Source of the DNA: Guillardia theta CCMP2712
Taxonomy: Eukaryota; Protista; Cryptophyta
DNA: 64,000 bases
Direction: 5' to 3'
Assembly: GCF_000315625.1 (NCBI RefSeq)
Contig: NW_005434668.1
Coordinates: 180,938-244,937 of the forward strand
Made by a program: the position numbers and the translations under genes. The notes below the pieces were generated by a model. The model saw only the letters and a program-made list of their open reading frames with translations. It ran no database searches and was not told the origin of the DNA. Shown here one piece after another: positions 36,113 to 47,610 of this stretch. Position 1 is the stretch's first letter. Each line of letters starts with the position of its first letter.

Positions 36113-38033
36113 CGCTGACGCAGCGCGGGGACTAGCAGCGTCACCTATTCCACCCACCCTTACCTCCTCACCACCGTTACCCCTACCCCTACCCCTACCC
36201 CATCATGGAGGATATTTGCCCCTGATTGTCGGGCACCTACCCCTTACATCCACCCTATTGGTACCCCATCTCCCCATCCACCTTGTATTTTCAACCCCCC
36301 TTACCCCTCCTTGCCTCTCTAAGTACCCGTGTGAATTCCATCAATCACCCCCAACCATAGCATCAGATGGTGTACCCCTAATATCAAACAGTTTGTACCC
36401 ACCCGGTCATCAACCACCCCTTTCTATACACGCTGCAAATACCACCCCATGAAATTCCTCTCACTCGTCCTTCCTTCACCCCTACTTTGAGAGGGGACCC
36501 ACTGGAACCAGAATGACCCTTCGGAGACAGGTACCCTACGTGGGCCATGTCCCGATGGAAAATTAGAAAAGTACCGGTACTCGTGTCTGGCTGGGGGGCA
36601 TCGAAGTATTTTGCCATCAATATCACCCTACCCAAAGACTCCGTCTTCCAACTAGGAGTACCCTGACCCCAAAGGGGACCCGATTGTAACCAGCATTTCA
36701 GTCGCTGCTATCCAGGTCCTAGCGGCTATGAGGTTCTTTTTTTATTATTTCTGGAGCAAGTTAGTGCTGTATTAACACCGGTACTTTATAGGTATTTTGG
36801 TGGGAAAATAGGGGTAGAACAGATGTGGAGTGGTGAAGAAACAAAAACTGAGAGCATATTGGATTATTCTTTTCGGCGGAAATAGAATGTGGCAGGGACA
36901 GCCCTGCATTACCGAGCAGGGTATTTTTGAAATTATTTTCATAATATTACCTACTAATATTCAAATTTCAATTTCTCATCAAGACACAGTTACAGAATTT
37001 GGTCGAATTCATGGAAATATCTTTCGACATCTCAGTTCTCCCATGGAGAACTTTCAATCAATATGGCTAAATCGTGCGATCAAAGTTCAAACATTTTATA
37101 AAATATTTCAACAGAAATATCAAGATAAACTTTCATTCTGCCAGGCCCGCCCTGGTGGCCTCCTGATGATTGTCCACGTAATGATTTTTAACTTAACTTT
37201 GAGTAAACTCTGTGGGGCAGAAGTGACACGGAGTCCGACTGAGTCAACCGGGCCGTGCGGTACACGCCGGAGTTGGGCCGCGCCGCGGCGCGGTGCCACC
37301 GGCGGCCCGGTGCGGACGGTGACGCCAGGCTTCGCAACCGCCGTCAGTGAGTCCGGGCCGGGCCACCCGCCGGCCCGGCGGCGGGTCCGAGTCCGAGTCA
37401 CTGAGGTGATCATCATGACGGCCACCGGCGTGATCCAGAGTCACCGAGTCAGCAACGGAGGGGGGGGGGGGCCGCCGGGGCCCGGGGGGGCGGCCCGGGG
37501 CCGCGAGACGGTACGGTGGCCGTCACACTGGCAGGCCCTCTCTGATCTTTTTAACTCGAAGTCACGATTAATAAGTTATCCCGGAACCGGGACTGTGTGA
37601 TAGGCGGGCCGGGCCGGGCTCCCGGAGTCCCAAGTCTGAGCCCGGCCCGTCACATTGCCGGCCACTGACCGTCACTGAGCCGCGAGTCGGCGCACCGGTC
37701 CGAGTCAGAGTGGAAGGCCGCTCTGAGGCCTCAGTCGATCATAACGTGCTGTAACCGACGCCTACCTGTCCATGCGGCGCACCTCCTTCTAGAAGGGGAC
37801 GAGGAGGAGGGAGAGAGAGAAGGAGAGGAAGCAGAAGGAGAGCGAATCGAAGGACATACATTCTCTGAAGAGTATAACAAGCAGAGAAGACAGTAGGTGG
37901 AAGGATCACCGACGAGATCGAACGGGAGAGGTTCTCACAGGGGCAGGCATACACGCAGCCCAGAAATAAACAGCAGGCGAACGGATTAAGATCTTCGAGG
38001 AAACCAGACTCTTTCGTTCCATCTAGCTGAGAG

Positions 38034-39314
38034 ATGTCAGATCTTGCATCACAGCTCGATGCAATTGAGAAGATTTCGACTCATGCACAGAAAATCGATG
38101 AGTACAAGAAGTTGGCTGAAAAACTATTTGCAAATCCGTGCATGGATTCCTTGCATTTCTTTTTGTCACGAATGGCTGAGGACCCACCGCCTTCGGGAGA
38201 GGCTGTTCCGACCATGATCTCCCGTCAGGTTCTCCAGGACTTTGTGAATTTCGTGTTTACGTGCAATACGTTGACTCCGGCGCAGAAGAAAGAGCTTGGG
38301 AATCTGTGTTTGGCAAAACTGAAAGCTAGATTATCTTCCTTTGAGGAACAATTCAGCATGGCCAGTGAACACATGGCCGATATTCTGCAGGGTGAGGAAG
38401 ACTGGAAGGGTGCGGCAGACGTGCTCTCTCAGATCCCGCTCACATCGAGCCAGAGAAACATATCCGATGAGTATAAGGCAAAGATGTATGTTCGCATCGC
38501 CATGTTGTACCTGGAGGACGACAATGAGATTTCTGCGGAAGCCTTCGTCCACCGCTCTCACAACATCATCGGCAAACCGGATTTCACGAACTTGCAAGTC
38601 AAGTTCCAGCATCAGGCTTGCCGTGCCAGGATCTACGATGCGAAGCGCAAGTTTCTGGATGCGGCGAGGCATTACTACGAGCTGTCTCAGGTTGGAAAGG
38701 CCACGGTCCTTGCAGTGATGGGCGAGGAAGCAGCAAAACTTTCAAACATTGACGAGATGATAGAAACACAGAACTTAGATGCGCTGAACAAGGCTGCGAT
38801 CTGTGTTGTCCTTGCTCCTGCTGGCCCTGATCGCTCTCGAACGCTGGCGATGCTGTACAAGGATGAGAGGACATCCAAGGTCAAGACCTTCAACATGCTG
38901 CAGAAGATCTACCTTGAACGCGTTGTCCGTGCGCCTGAGATCGAAGAGTTCCAGAAAGAGTTGAGACCGCACCAGATGGCTGAAACCTCAGACGGCTTCA
39001 CAGTGCTGCAGAAGGCGATGATTGAGCATAACTTGTTTGCAGCTGCAAAGATGTACAAGAATATCACGTTCAAAGAACTTGGATTCTTCCTGCATGTTGA
39101 CCCTGACAAGGCCGAGAAGATAGCTCGAGACATGATTCTGGAGGATCGCATTGGAGGCAACATCGACCAGATAGACGGAATGATATACTTCGAGCATGGT
39201 TCCGACGCGATCAAGAATTGGGATAGCGAGATCGCTGGAGCTTGCATGGCCGTCAACGAAATCACGCAGTACATTGCAGATCATCATCCTGATTTCGTCT
39301 TACCCGTTGAGTAG
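38034..39314 (+). CDS. CSN4: COP9 signalosome subunit 4 (PCI domain), intronless
   Basis: 426-aa ORF with SFEEQ, EEDWKGAA, ARIYDAKRKFLDAA, LAPAGPDRSRTLAMLYKDER, IEHNLFAAAKMYKNITF and IDQIDGMIYF. Confidence 0.96.
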   Translation: MSDLASQLDAIEKISTHAQKIDEYKKLAEKLFANPCMDSLHFFLSRMAEDPPPSGEAVPTMISRQVLQDFVNFVFTCNTLTPAQKKELGNLCLAKLKARLSSFEEQFSMASEHMADILQGEEDWKGAADVLSQIPLTSSQRNISDEYKAKMYVRIAMLYLEDDNEISAEAFVHRSHNIIGKPDFTNLQVKFQHQACRARIYDAKRKFLDAARHYYELSQVGKATVLAVMGEEAAKLSNIDEMIETQNLDALNKAAICVVLAPAGPDRSRTLAMLYKDERTSKVKTFNMLQKIYLERVVRAPEIEEFQKELRPHQMAETSDGFTVLQKAMIEHNLFAAAKMYKNITFKELGFFLHVDPDKAEKIARDMILEDRIGGNIDQIDGMIYFEHGSDAIKNWDSEIAGACMAVNEITQYIADHHPDFVLPVE

Positions 39315-39512
39315 TGGTGCAACAGGGCACGTGACTTTCTCCGATCGTGCTTTCAGCATGCTTGCTTGTGCTGTGCATGATAAGTTTTAGAGCATGTCCG
39401 AGAATAAACGCAAGAAAAAGAATCAACGACCATCCTCTTTATTCACCACGCTCGCAATGTTTATTTACACAGATGATTCGCCGTGGTTCGAAGAAGCAGG
39501 AAGTAACCGAGG

Positions 39513-42410
39513 TCAGAAGTCTGAGGCTAGTTTGCCGTGCAACATTCTCCTGCCCACTGACGGAGCTCGTTCTAACTGGTTTCTCTTCACCTGGTCATCG
39601 TCCTCTACCTCGCTCGTGCTAGCGAATCGAGCCCGCGGGCTAGACTTCTTCCTTAGGGACTCGACCAGCTGTTCAGCTTTTTCTGTTTCTGCCTTGGGAT
39701 CCACTGCCACTGAGGTTCTGCGATTGATGGGTGAGGTTGATCTCCGAGGGGACCGAAGGGGCGAGAGCCGTCGAGGACTTGATGCAGCGCGCAGAAATGA
39801 CGAAGGAGAGGAAGGTTTCTCCGCTGCTTCCTCCTCCTCGTCCTCCTCGTCCTCCTCATTGGTCTGAACTTCCTTGAGTATCTGTGTCAAGCTGCGGGAG
39901 GATTGATGGAAGATGACCCAAGCCATCTCCGGGTACTTCTTCTCATTCATGACTCGCTCGCACAAGTCCCATTTGTAGAAAAGGTCAGGAGACATCGGAT
40001 GGTTGGAAATCTTCTTAAGATTCTCTTTGATCGCCTCTGACGTGGCTCGAAACAGTGGCTGAAGACGCTTGCTGCTACGTTCTAGCTCTGGAGACTGCAT
40101 AGCGTTCCTCTCAAAGTCTGGACTGATCTTGATGTTGGACAAATCGTGATCGCGAGCAACCTTGCAGAACACACCTGAATCCACACGAGGCCACATATAA
40201 ATCTTTGTGTAGATTCGGAGTTGTCGCAGGACATCGTTTGAAATGTGATCTTCGTCCAAACGCTTGACCAAAGACTGAAATTCGCTCCAGTCCACATCGC
40301 CATCCCCTGCAACATCGGCGGCCACAAAGAGGGCTTCTAGACGAGAGTCCATGCGATAGTTCATGTCCAACCATTCTTCAATCACCGTCTCCAGGCCAGC
40401 CTCAAGGTCCATTTCATCCCCGACATTCAGCGAATCGTAGATGTCAGTCTTGATACGCTCACGCTCTACAGCAGTAAGATTCGAGAAGACATAATCCAAC
40501 GCTGCCAAGAATTCCCTTGTTTTAACCTGAATCGTCCTCATCCCAGACTCCAGCAATGGGCAGATACCCTGCCTAGCTAACACTAATGTGTTCAAGAAAA
40601 CCTCCAGGCCATCAAGCGATATAGAGTGCTTCTCTACCTTGACTCCGTTGCGTGATTCCTCCATGAAATCAAATCCCAGGAATCTTGCAAAGAGCCCTAT
40701 CCTGTGCCGGTATGCACTTCGAGGTATCTCACGAGCGCCTGATTTCTTTTCCCTCCCTCGTACCTTGATGAGGATGTTTGTGAGAAGGCGAACCAAGGCC
40801 ACTTCAGCTTTTTGCCTTCCCCTGCACTCTCTCAAAAAGTACATGAAGAGAAACTCCTGCATGTTTTGTAGTGGCCGCTCTTTCTGCCGGTCGATGAAGT
40901 CGATGATAGCTTTCTCGGCATAGATTGAAGATATTTGCACCAACAGCTGCTGTTCTGGCATTTGTATCTCCCGCTTCAAGTCAAAAATTCTAACTTCCTG
41001 CTCGCATCTTTTCAAGATCTCGTTCCACCACTGATCTTGTTCCGACAAAGTATCATCTTGAGTGGAAACTGCAGTCATCGTTGACTTTGTCACCAATTTG
41101 GCTTTGCCTGTGACAACTCCATCAATACGGACTGTTTCTGTCTGTGATGCTGTGTCCCGTGTCATGTCCCTTTCATTCATCGTCATTATTTTCAGTGTCA
41201 GTAGCCATAACCACTTATTGACTGAGCGCTCGGTCTGAGTAGATCGGCTGGAAGAATCCGGTTTCCAGAGGTTTCGAAGAACTTCATCTTTGAGATCAAG
41301 GATTTCTTTATCTTTGGACGAGACGATTCCTTTGAGTTCATCAAGCTTCTTGTCTTTCTCTAACAGTTTGGTTTCCATCTCTGCCCTTTTTGCATCCCAG
41401 CTTTTTTGCAGCGCTTCTTGCCGGGCGATTGTCAACGCCAACTTGTCCTTGGCCAACGAGAAGCTCTTTCTGTCTTGCTGCGATTCGGTACTGACATCGT
41501 CCGTTCTGCGCTTCAGCATCTCGCACTCTTCACTCTTACTGTTCAAGGTTTGCTCCAGTGCCGTCTTCTGCTCTTGAAGAGCACCCAACTTTGATTTCAA
41601 CGCGGCTATAACATTGTTCGCAGTGGTCAGCTTCTCTCGGAAACCTTCGAAGTCTTCTTTCGAAACTTCGAACTTGTTTTCACTCAGGCCCGTCATATCA
41701 TTCAATTTCTGCTGCAACGCAAGGAGCTTGGCATCTCTCTCCTTCAGCATGTGAGCTTGTTCATGCTCCACTTGCCTCAACTTGGAGATCGCTGCTGTTT
41801 CCGCCTGTCTCGCAGCTGACGCCAACTTCTTCGCTTCCTTGAGCTGCTCTTGAACGTCCTTCAACTTCTGCTCCAGCACCGCCACCCTCGCATCGGAGGA
41901 AGGCTTGCGGAAGGATCCGACTTCATCGGGAGATCTGTTGGGTTTGGAATATCCCACCTTCCGTCGGGGAGCTTTCTGCTCATCGCCCTCCTTCACGGAC
42001 AGCGGGCTGCTCTCGTCTCTTTCCCCGGGGGGAGGGGAGGGAAAGAACTCACTCTTGCTATCCTGCTCCTCAGAATCAGGAGAAAAGTCTGCGATGTTGT
42101 CTGAGGAGAGCTTTTCTTGGCGTCTAGCAGCAAACGAAGACGACGTCATCATCCCGGCTCTACTCTGACCGCGCGGCAGGATGGGACTCACAGACCTCCG
42201 TTCGTTCCGCTTCTCGCTCATGGCAGGTAGAGAAGACAGCACGCTGTTGCTCCTGCTCTTCCTTTTTGCTGAGATGAGATCATCATCATCATCATCGATC
42301 GGACTATGCGATGTCTGTCGCTTCGGAGAGACCGATCTCTGCCTGATCGATGTGTTTTTCATGCCTGGCATGGCCTGAGCCTGCTTGTCCTGTAGACCGC
42401 TGAAGGGCAT
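39513..42410 (-). CDS. 965-aa coiled-coil plus EF-hand protein, possibly TSNAXIP1-like
   Basis: Long uninterrupted ORF with a central coiled coil, the motif IYAEKAIID...EFLFMYFL...RIGLFARFLG and an EF-hand-like loop DVAGDGDVDWSEF. Family label is a recollection, not a search result. Confidence 0.7.
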   Translation of the reverse strand: MPFSGLQDKQAQAMPGMKNTSIRQRSVSPKRQTSHSPIDDDDDDLISAKRKSRSNSVLSSLPAMSEKRNERRSVSPILPRGQSRAGMMTSSSFAARRQEKLSSDNIADFSPDSEEQDSKSEFFPSPPPGERDESSPLSVKEGDEQKAPRRKVGYSKPNRSPDEVGSFRKPSSDARVAVLEQKLKDVQEQLKEAKKLASAARQAETAAISKLRQVEHEQAHMLKERDAKLLALQQKLNDMTGLSENKFEVSKEDFEGFREKLTTANNVIAALKSKLGALQEQKTALEQTLNSKSEECEMLKRRTDDVSTESQQDRKSFSLAKDKLALTIARQEALQKSWDAKRAEMETKLLEKDKKLDELKGIVSSKDKEILDLKDEVLRNLWKPDSSSRSTQTERSVNKWLWLLTLKIMTMNERDMTRDTASQTETVRIDGVVTGKAKLVTKSTMTAVSTQDDTLSEQDQWWNEILKRCEQEVRIFDLKREIQMPEQQLLVQISSIYAEKAIIDFIDRQKERPLQNMQEFLFMYFLRECRGRQKAEVALVRLLTNILIKVRGREKKSGAREIPRSAYRHRIGLFARFLGFDFMEESRNGVKVEKHSISLDGLEVFLNTLVLARQGICPLLESGMRTIQVKTREFLAALDYVFSNLTAVERERIKTDIYDSLNVGDEMDLEAGLETVIEEWLDMNYRMDSRLEALFVAADVAGDGDVDWSEFQSLVKRLDEDHISNDVLRQLRIYTKIYMWPRVDSGVFCKVARDHDLSNIKISPDFERNAMQSPELERSSKRLQPLFRATSEAIKENLKKISNHPMSPDLFYKWDLCERVMNEKKYPEMAWVIFHQSSRSLTQILKEVQTNEEDEEDEEEEAAEKPSSPSSFLRAASSPRRLSPLRSPRRSTSPINRRTSVAVDPKAETEKAEQLVESLRKKSSPRARFASTSEVEDDDQVKRNQLERAPSVGRRMLHGKLASDF

Positions 42411-42948
42411 CAGATTTCACTCAGTTTGAATCGGAGGCAAGTTCTGATGAGGAGAAGGAGATGTTTTGCCTTGGCCATTTTCATCTCCATGCCTTAGCCT
42501 GTTGTGGCAGAATCTGCCATGATCTCCAAGGATCAAACTCTCACCGCGCTTCTGCTTCGGAGCCCCTGCATGCCGGCGTGTATCATATCACAATCAGCCT
42601 GTCACGATGTCGACGGTGCCTACTGCTTGTACTCCCTGATTCAGGAGAAGGTACAGGGCTCCCCGAGTCCCAAGAAACTGAAACTTCAAATATTTCATTC
42701 AACTTTGAAATATAAATTTAGAAAATTCTTATTTTCAACTCATCGTGTAAAACTCTTATGCAAGTCAATAACCCCATGGTGCGAAAGTAGACCTCGGATT
42801 ACAGTATGAGCCTCAAAGATTCAAGTCAGTTACTACCAGCAGAATCAAGTGAGTAAAAAGTTGAGAGTGGTAGAGAATGAGGGCGATGATTCATTGAATG
42901 CGTGGGGATGAGGGTCTGCAGGTCGTTTCTGGACTCACACCGGTCAAA

Positions 42949-45100
42949 ATGCCAAACTTGAAAAGCGGAAAGCCTCGAAAGGAGGAGGAGGAGGACGACG
43001 AGGACGAGGACAGCTTCCTCATGGCCAACTGGATGAACCACGCAGATCGTTCGGACGAGGGCTCAGACTGGCATGATGAATCAACTGTTGTGATTGAACG
43101 CCCGACTACAGTTTTGCAGTGCAAAGTTACTCCAAAACGATCCAAGATGGATATCACTGAAGCTGTTGCCAACATCTTAAATCAAGTCCGATTGGAGAAA
43201 GAAAGGACTATGGAGAACTTCGAGCTCGAGAGCGAAGAGGATCAACACAAGAATTTCAACCCGCTCTCGGATCGGTCAAAATCCACTCAAGGTGTGATGA
43301 ATGTTAGATCTACACCAGTAGATGGCTCTCTAACATGACAAAACTAGAAGATTACATGGAAAGTGGTATACAAACGCCACATCCACCGAACCCCAAGAGA
43401 TTGACGCTGCTTGAAAAAGTGTGAACCCTCTGATCCATTGATGGCGCTTATGTAAATTGATTTCTGATTCAGGCTGCATCGACCAGTTTCGAGATTGAGA
43501 TGGAAAGAAGACAAGTTCGTCGGCCTCTCTCAGAAGGTTTGTAAAGGAGATATGACGGATTTGATGGTCTTAGTTGAAACCTTATCGGGAATATGTAGGG
43601 AGACAACTTCAGACTTCAAGACACAGCGACAGACATCTGATAGACTGGCAGCATCTTGATATGACAAGCCAACTCGATGGTATTTGGAACTTCCATGATC
43701 AGCCTTTCAACTGTTGTATATAACCACTTACACCTGTTTAGCAGAAGACTTAGAAAGCTTGGAAGATGAGTTTCAATCCTTATTTCAGTCAGATTCATCA
43801 TGGTCAATGAGATCTCAAAAGTTGCAACAAGGAAAAAACTCGCGACATGTCAAGACGATTTCGATTCAGGTAAAGGAGCAGCCGACATCGACAGAGGACA
43901 GTAAGCTGCTGGATCATGAGCACCCAGATGATTCAAGCATCAATCATGGCAACATCGGCAAACCCGCGTTTCATGCTGTCAGGGATAGGAAGTGGACAGA
44001 ACCTGCGTTGATTGCAAGAAATGATTCCAGGTATGGAAGGGAAAAGCCCTCAACTCAATTTTGAGGTTGATCCAGCTCTTCCATGTCCGACATGTCTTCC
44101 ACCTACGTTTCTTCGAGAGTAACCTTTCAACGATCTGCTGTTTCATGTTTCTCACTCGTGGTTAAGCATGGTTTTCCTTTCTCCCATCGTCAAAGTCATC
44201 ACCTTGGACCCTCTCCCGATCCAACAATAGGTTCGGCAAGATGAATTAGCTGAAGCGGTGGAAATCTAAGTTACGAATTCCAGGACTTGCGGTGTATCGA
44301 CCTACCGGGCAGTATAACTTGCAAGTTTGCAAGAGGTGGGCATTGTGAAATATGTCGGAAGAGACAACAGTCATGATTTGTACAGGGGTTTTCCCTTCGA
44401 GATGCCGAAATACACGGATTGCTTTGACTCAGCCAACGGCCCGAGCTCATTGGTTGAACGAGGTGAGATAAAGAAGTTCTTTTGCTCCTTGACCTTTATC
44501 CACCAGGCGATTCTAAGAAACACAAGAAGACTGGACAGTTTTACAGGGGCAAGTATAAAACCAAGAGCTTGGTTGATCTTGGTCGTGCAAACCCAAAGAT
44601 TTCAGTCATGCAGCGCTGATGTTTCACTTTCAGGCGAAAGATTTGACGACTATTCCCCCTACGCCACCAATCCGCAAGGTGAAGACAGCAAAGAGCAATC
44701 ACACACTAAAACGCGATGACAGCCATTCACAAGAGCACAGAGAGCAGAAATACATACAGAACTGAGCAGTAAGTTGTTGAATACGCGAGACCGTCCGGAG
44801 CGAACTTTTGATGTCAACGCAGGCAAGATACAACCCCCGGGACTCGAAAGAGCTTTATAGACGAAATCATGAAGCGAGGAACTGCGATTGTCGATAAGCC
44901 CAAGGCGCCAAATTGGAGATCCGTCGGGTGAGAATTTTACATCCTTGGGGGATAGACAGGTGACCTGATGGCTTGCAGGGAATACTTCGTCGCAGAGCGT
45001 CAGTCAGGACGATCTTACGCATACAGCGATCTCCTCCAAAGAAGTTCTCTAGATTTCTACCATTACACCTGAGTATTGCCTCCACTTTCACGTAGCAAGC
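42949..45100 (+). CDS. Multi-exon hypothetical protein, acidic/disordered
   Basis: ATG at 42949 (MPNLKSGKPRKEEEEDD...) and further exons (ORFs 43714, 44327) separated by short GT-AG introns; end approximate. Confidence 0.55.
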
Positions 45101-45651
45101 CATAGTCTTATCAACAATGTTCTAATGAAACCCAACCCAACTTTCTGCTCATCCCGCTACCCCCTGCTTTCGCCTCATCATCGTCATGCATTCCTCAAGT
45201 CACTTGTCCTCTACCTGATCCTTCATGACAGAAACCTCTCCATCGCCTTCTCCTTCGCATCCTTCATGGTCTCTTGCCAAGTGCGTCAGTCTCAACCTGG
45301 GCGGTTCCTGCAGTCAAACTCATCAATCAATACACTACCCCACCCCAATTAGTTTTATATTGCACCCCTGCCCTCAATATATCTGTATCTTACCCACCCT
45401 TTTATCTCAGAATTCGGGTACCCCCCACCTCCTCGAAGCCAACCCCGAAAATCCTGGAATGCACCATTGAAGGGAAGGAAGGGAAGGACGGGTAAGAGCA
45501 AAGAGTGCGGAGAGGAGAGAGGATGGTGACAAGTGACAAGAACATGCAGAGTTGAACTTGGTTCCAGATACCTTGCCATGATATGATCAGCGAGCCGGAA
45601 AGTATTCGAGCAGCACGACCGCGCCAAATCGAACGTGAATGATAAGCAACC

Positions 45652-47482
45652 ATGGCTTCAGCAGCTTTTGTCCTGTTCCTTGTTGTCAGCCATATGTTTG
45701 TATCATCCACGATGCTCATTTTAAATAAGGTTGAATGCTGAAAGGCATGCCTCAACCATCACAGTCTCATTTTCTCGCCTCCAGGCAGTTCTGCGACAAC
45801 TACCCGTCGCAACGACCGTGTTAGTCCTCCAAGTAGGCGACTCGGAGTTCACCTACATGATCTGAGGGGTGAGCAGGTTGGATCCTCTGCCAGCATTCTC
45901 TGGTGTCTGGGAAAACTTGGAACCATTCAAGTCAGTGCTGGGGGATGTGTTATACCTTCCTGTCGAGTTACGACTCAACAGGTCAGTCCGTTCGAAGCGA
46001 GCAAAGCGAAGAGTTTCTTCTGGAATGCCATGGCCTTCATGCTCTTGCTCTTCTCCAACGCCAAGGTGAAAGGCGTGCATGCGCGGCGCTTCCTCTGACC
46101 CCCGACAGGCTCTCGAGGCTGCCAACGTTGAAGCCGTCATTGTCTTCCGCACGCTGTCGCTCTTCGTCACTGCTTACGGAGACTTCCGACTGTTGAAGGC
46201 ACGGGAGGAGGAGGGGGAGGAGGAGGAGGAGGAGGAGGAGGAGGAGGAGAAGAAGAAGAAGAAGTCGAGGGGGGGGGGCGGGGGGAGCTGATATTTCCCT
46301 CCCACTGCAGACTCGGATTCTAAGTTTTCACATGCTCGGCACCCTCTGCCTTGTGCTCGTGGGCTCCCTGGGGTGAGGGAGGTGAATGAGAATCTCACAG
46401 TATCTGACAACTTGTATAAGGTATGTGATGAGCGACAAGGGTCTCAAAGTTGAGAACATCTTCTGGGTCTTCTTCTATGGCTGCGCCAACGCTGCGTACC
46501 CGCTCGTCACGCAGGTGAGAAGGAGACGGAGACGGTCACGTTCACTGTGCTCGGTCTGAGGAGGCTGCGCAGGTAGCGATCAGGAGGCACCAGCACATGA
46601 ACTCCTGGGACAGAACATTCTACAACAACCTGATGTACTATCACCCTCTCCTCTCCCTCCTCCCCTCGCCTGCTCCCTTCAACAACCTGATTCATCGTCA
46701 TCTGCTCCTGCAGCTCATCCCTTCTCCTCTTACACACAACCTGTCCCCCCATCGCTCTGCTCCTCTTATCCTCCTTCTGCAGGACGCTGTTCGTGTTCTT
46801 GCCCGGCATCTTCCTGCTGGGAGAGCACGAGACCATCCATGTCCTCACTGCACGTGGCCAATTGACCAGCTGGAGCATACTGCTCCTCCTCCTCTCCTGC
46901 ATCTGGGGTCCTTCATTCCCCTGCTGAAGGAGGGAGCTCTTACGTGCCTGCAGGAACGGCCATCTCGTTCCTGGGGTTCCTGTGTCTGGAGCACGTGACA
47001 GCAACGTCGTTCAACGTGATGGGGAACGCCAACAAGCTTCTCACGCTCGTCCTCAACAGTCTGATCTGGGACCAGCATGCGAGCTTGCAGGTGAGAAGCG
47101 ATGATGCCCAAGTCGAGGAGGAGGAAGGGAAGTGGGAGGAGGGTCAGAGGGAGGAGGAAGGGTAGTGGGAGGAGGGTCAGGGAGGAGGAAGGAGAGTGAG
47201 TGAGTGAACGATGGGGGAGTGGGAAAGTGACAGGGAGGGAGGGAGGATGAGGCGGAGGGAAGGAGGGAGGGAGGACTAGAAGAAGGAAGGAGACGGAGGA
47301 ATGGAGGGCAGAAGCAAGCTCCGAGTAGATGTGTGATGGCATGGCAGGCGAACATTTTTCTTTTAACGTCTCTTGTCGGGTCCGCCATGTATGGAGAGGT
47401 TCGCATCACTTGAACTATCATGTCGCGATTGAGTTTGAGGCAACAGGTCAGACGAAGGGAGTGCAACTCAAAGGCACAATAA
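45652..47482 (+). CDS. Nucleotide-sugar transporter (GONST/GDP-sugar transporter-like, SLC35/TPT superfamily)
   Basis: Spliced SSTMLILNK|AVL, SNAK|ALEAANVEAVIVFRTLS, MNSWDRTFYNNLM and TATSFNVMGNANKLLTL (GxxNK motif); multiple hydrophobic segments. Confidence 0.88.
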
Positions 47483-47610
47483 CGATGAACATGGTGCAAC
47501 AGTTTACATCTTAACATGTCGAGGTAGAACAACCAGATCCATGATGATCGTTCCTCCTCCTCTCCACCTCTACAACATCACAAACACATCCAGCGCAATT
47601 CTGCCCTGCC

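Noticed and set aside
36178-36200. Interstitial telomere repeat
   Set aside because: Only about four TACCCC units, and the telomere motif of this organism is unknown.
36830-37600. 256-aa ORF and other ORFs in the GC-rich islands (8376-8633, 9933-10391, 12393-12944)
   Set aside because: Non-ATG starts or R/P/G/A-rich translations with no motifs; open frames are expected by chance in GC-rich intergenic DNA.
1-42410. Flagellar gene cluster (ODA-DC-like, CFAP410, TSNAXIP1-like)
   Set aside because: The genes are far apart and interspersed with unrelated ones, and two of the family calls are tentative.
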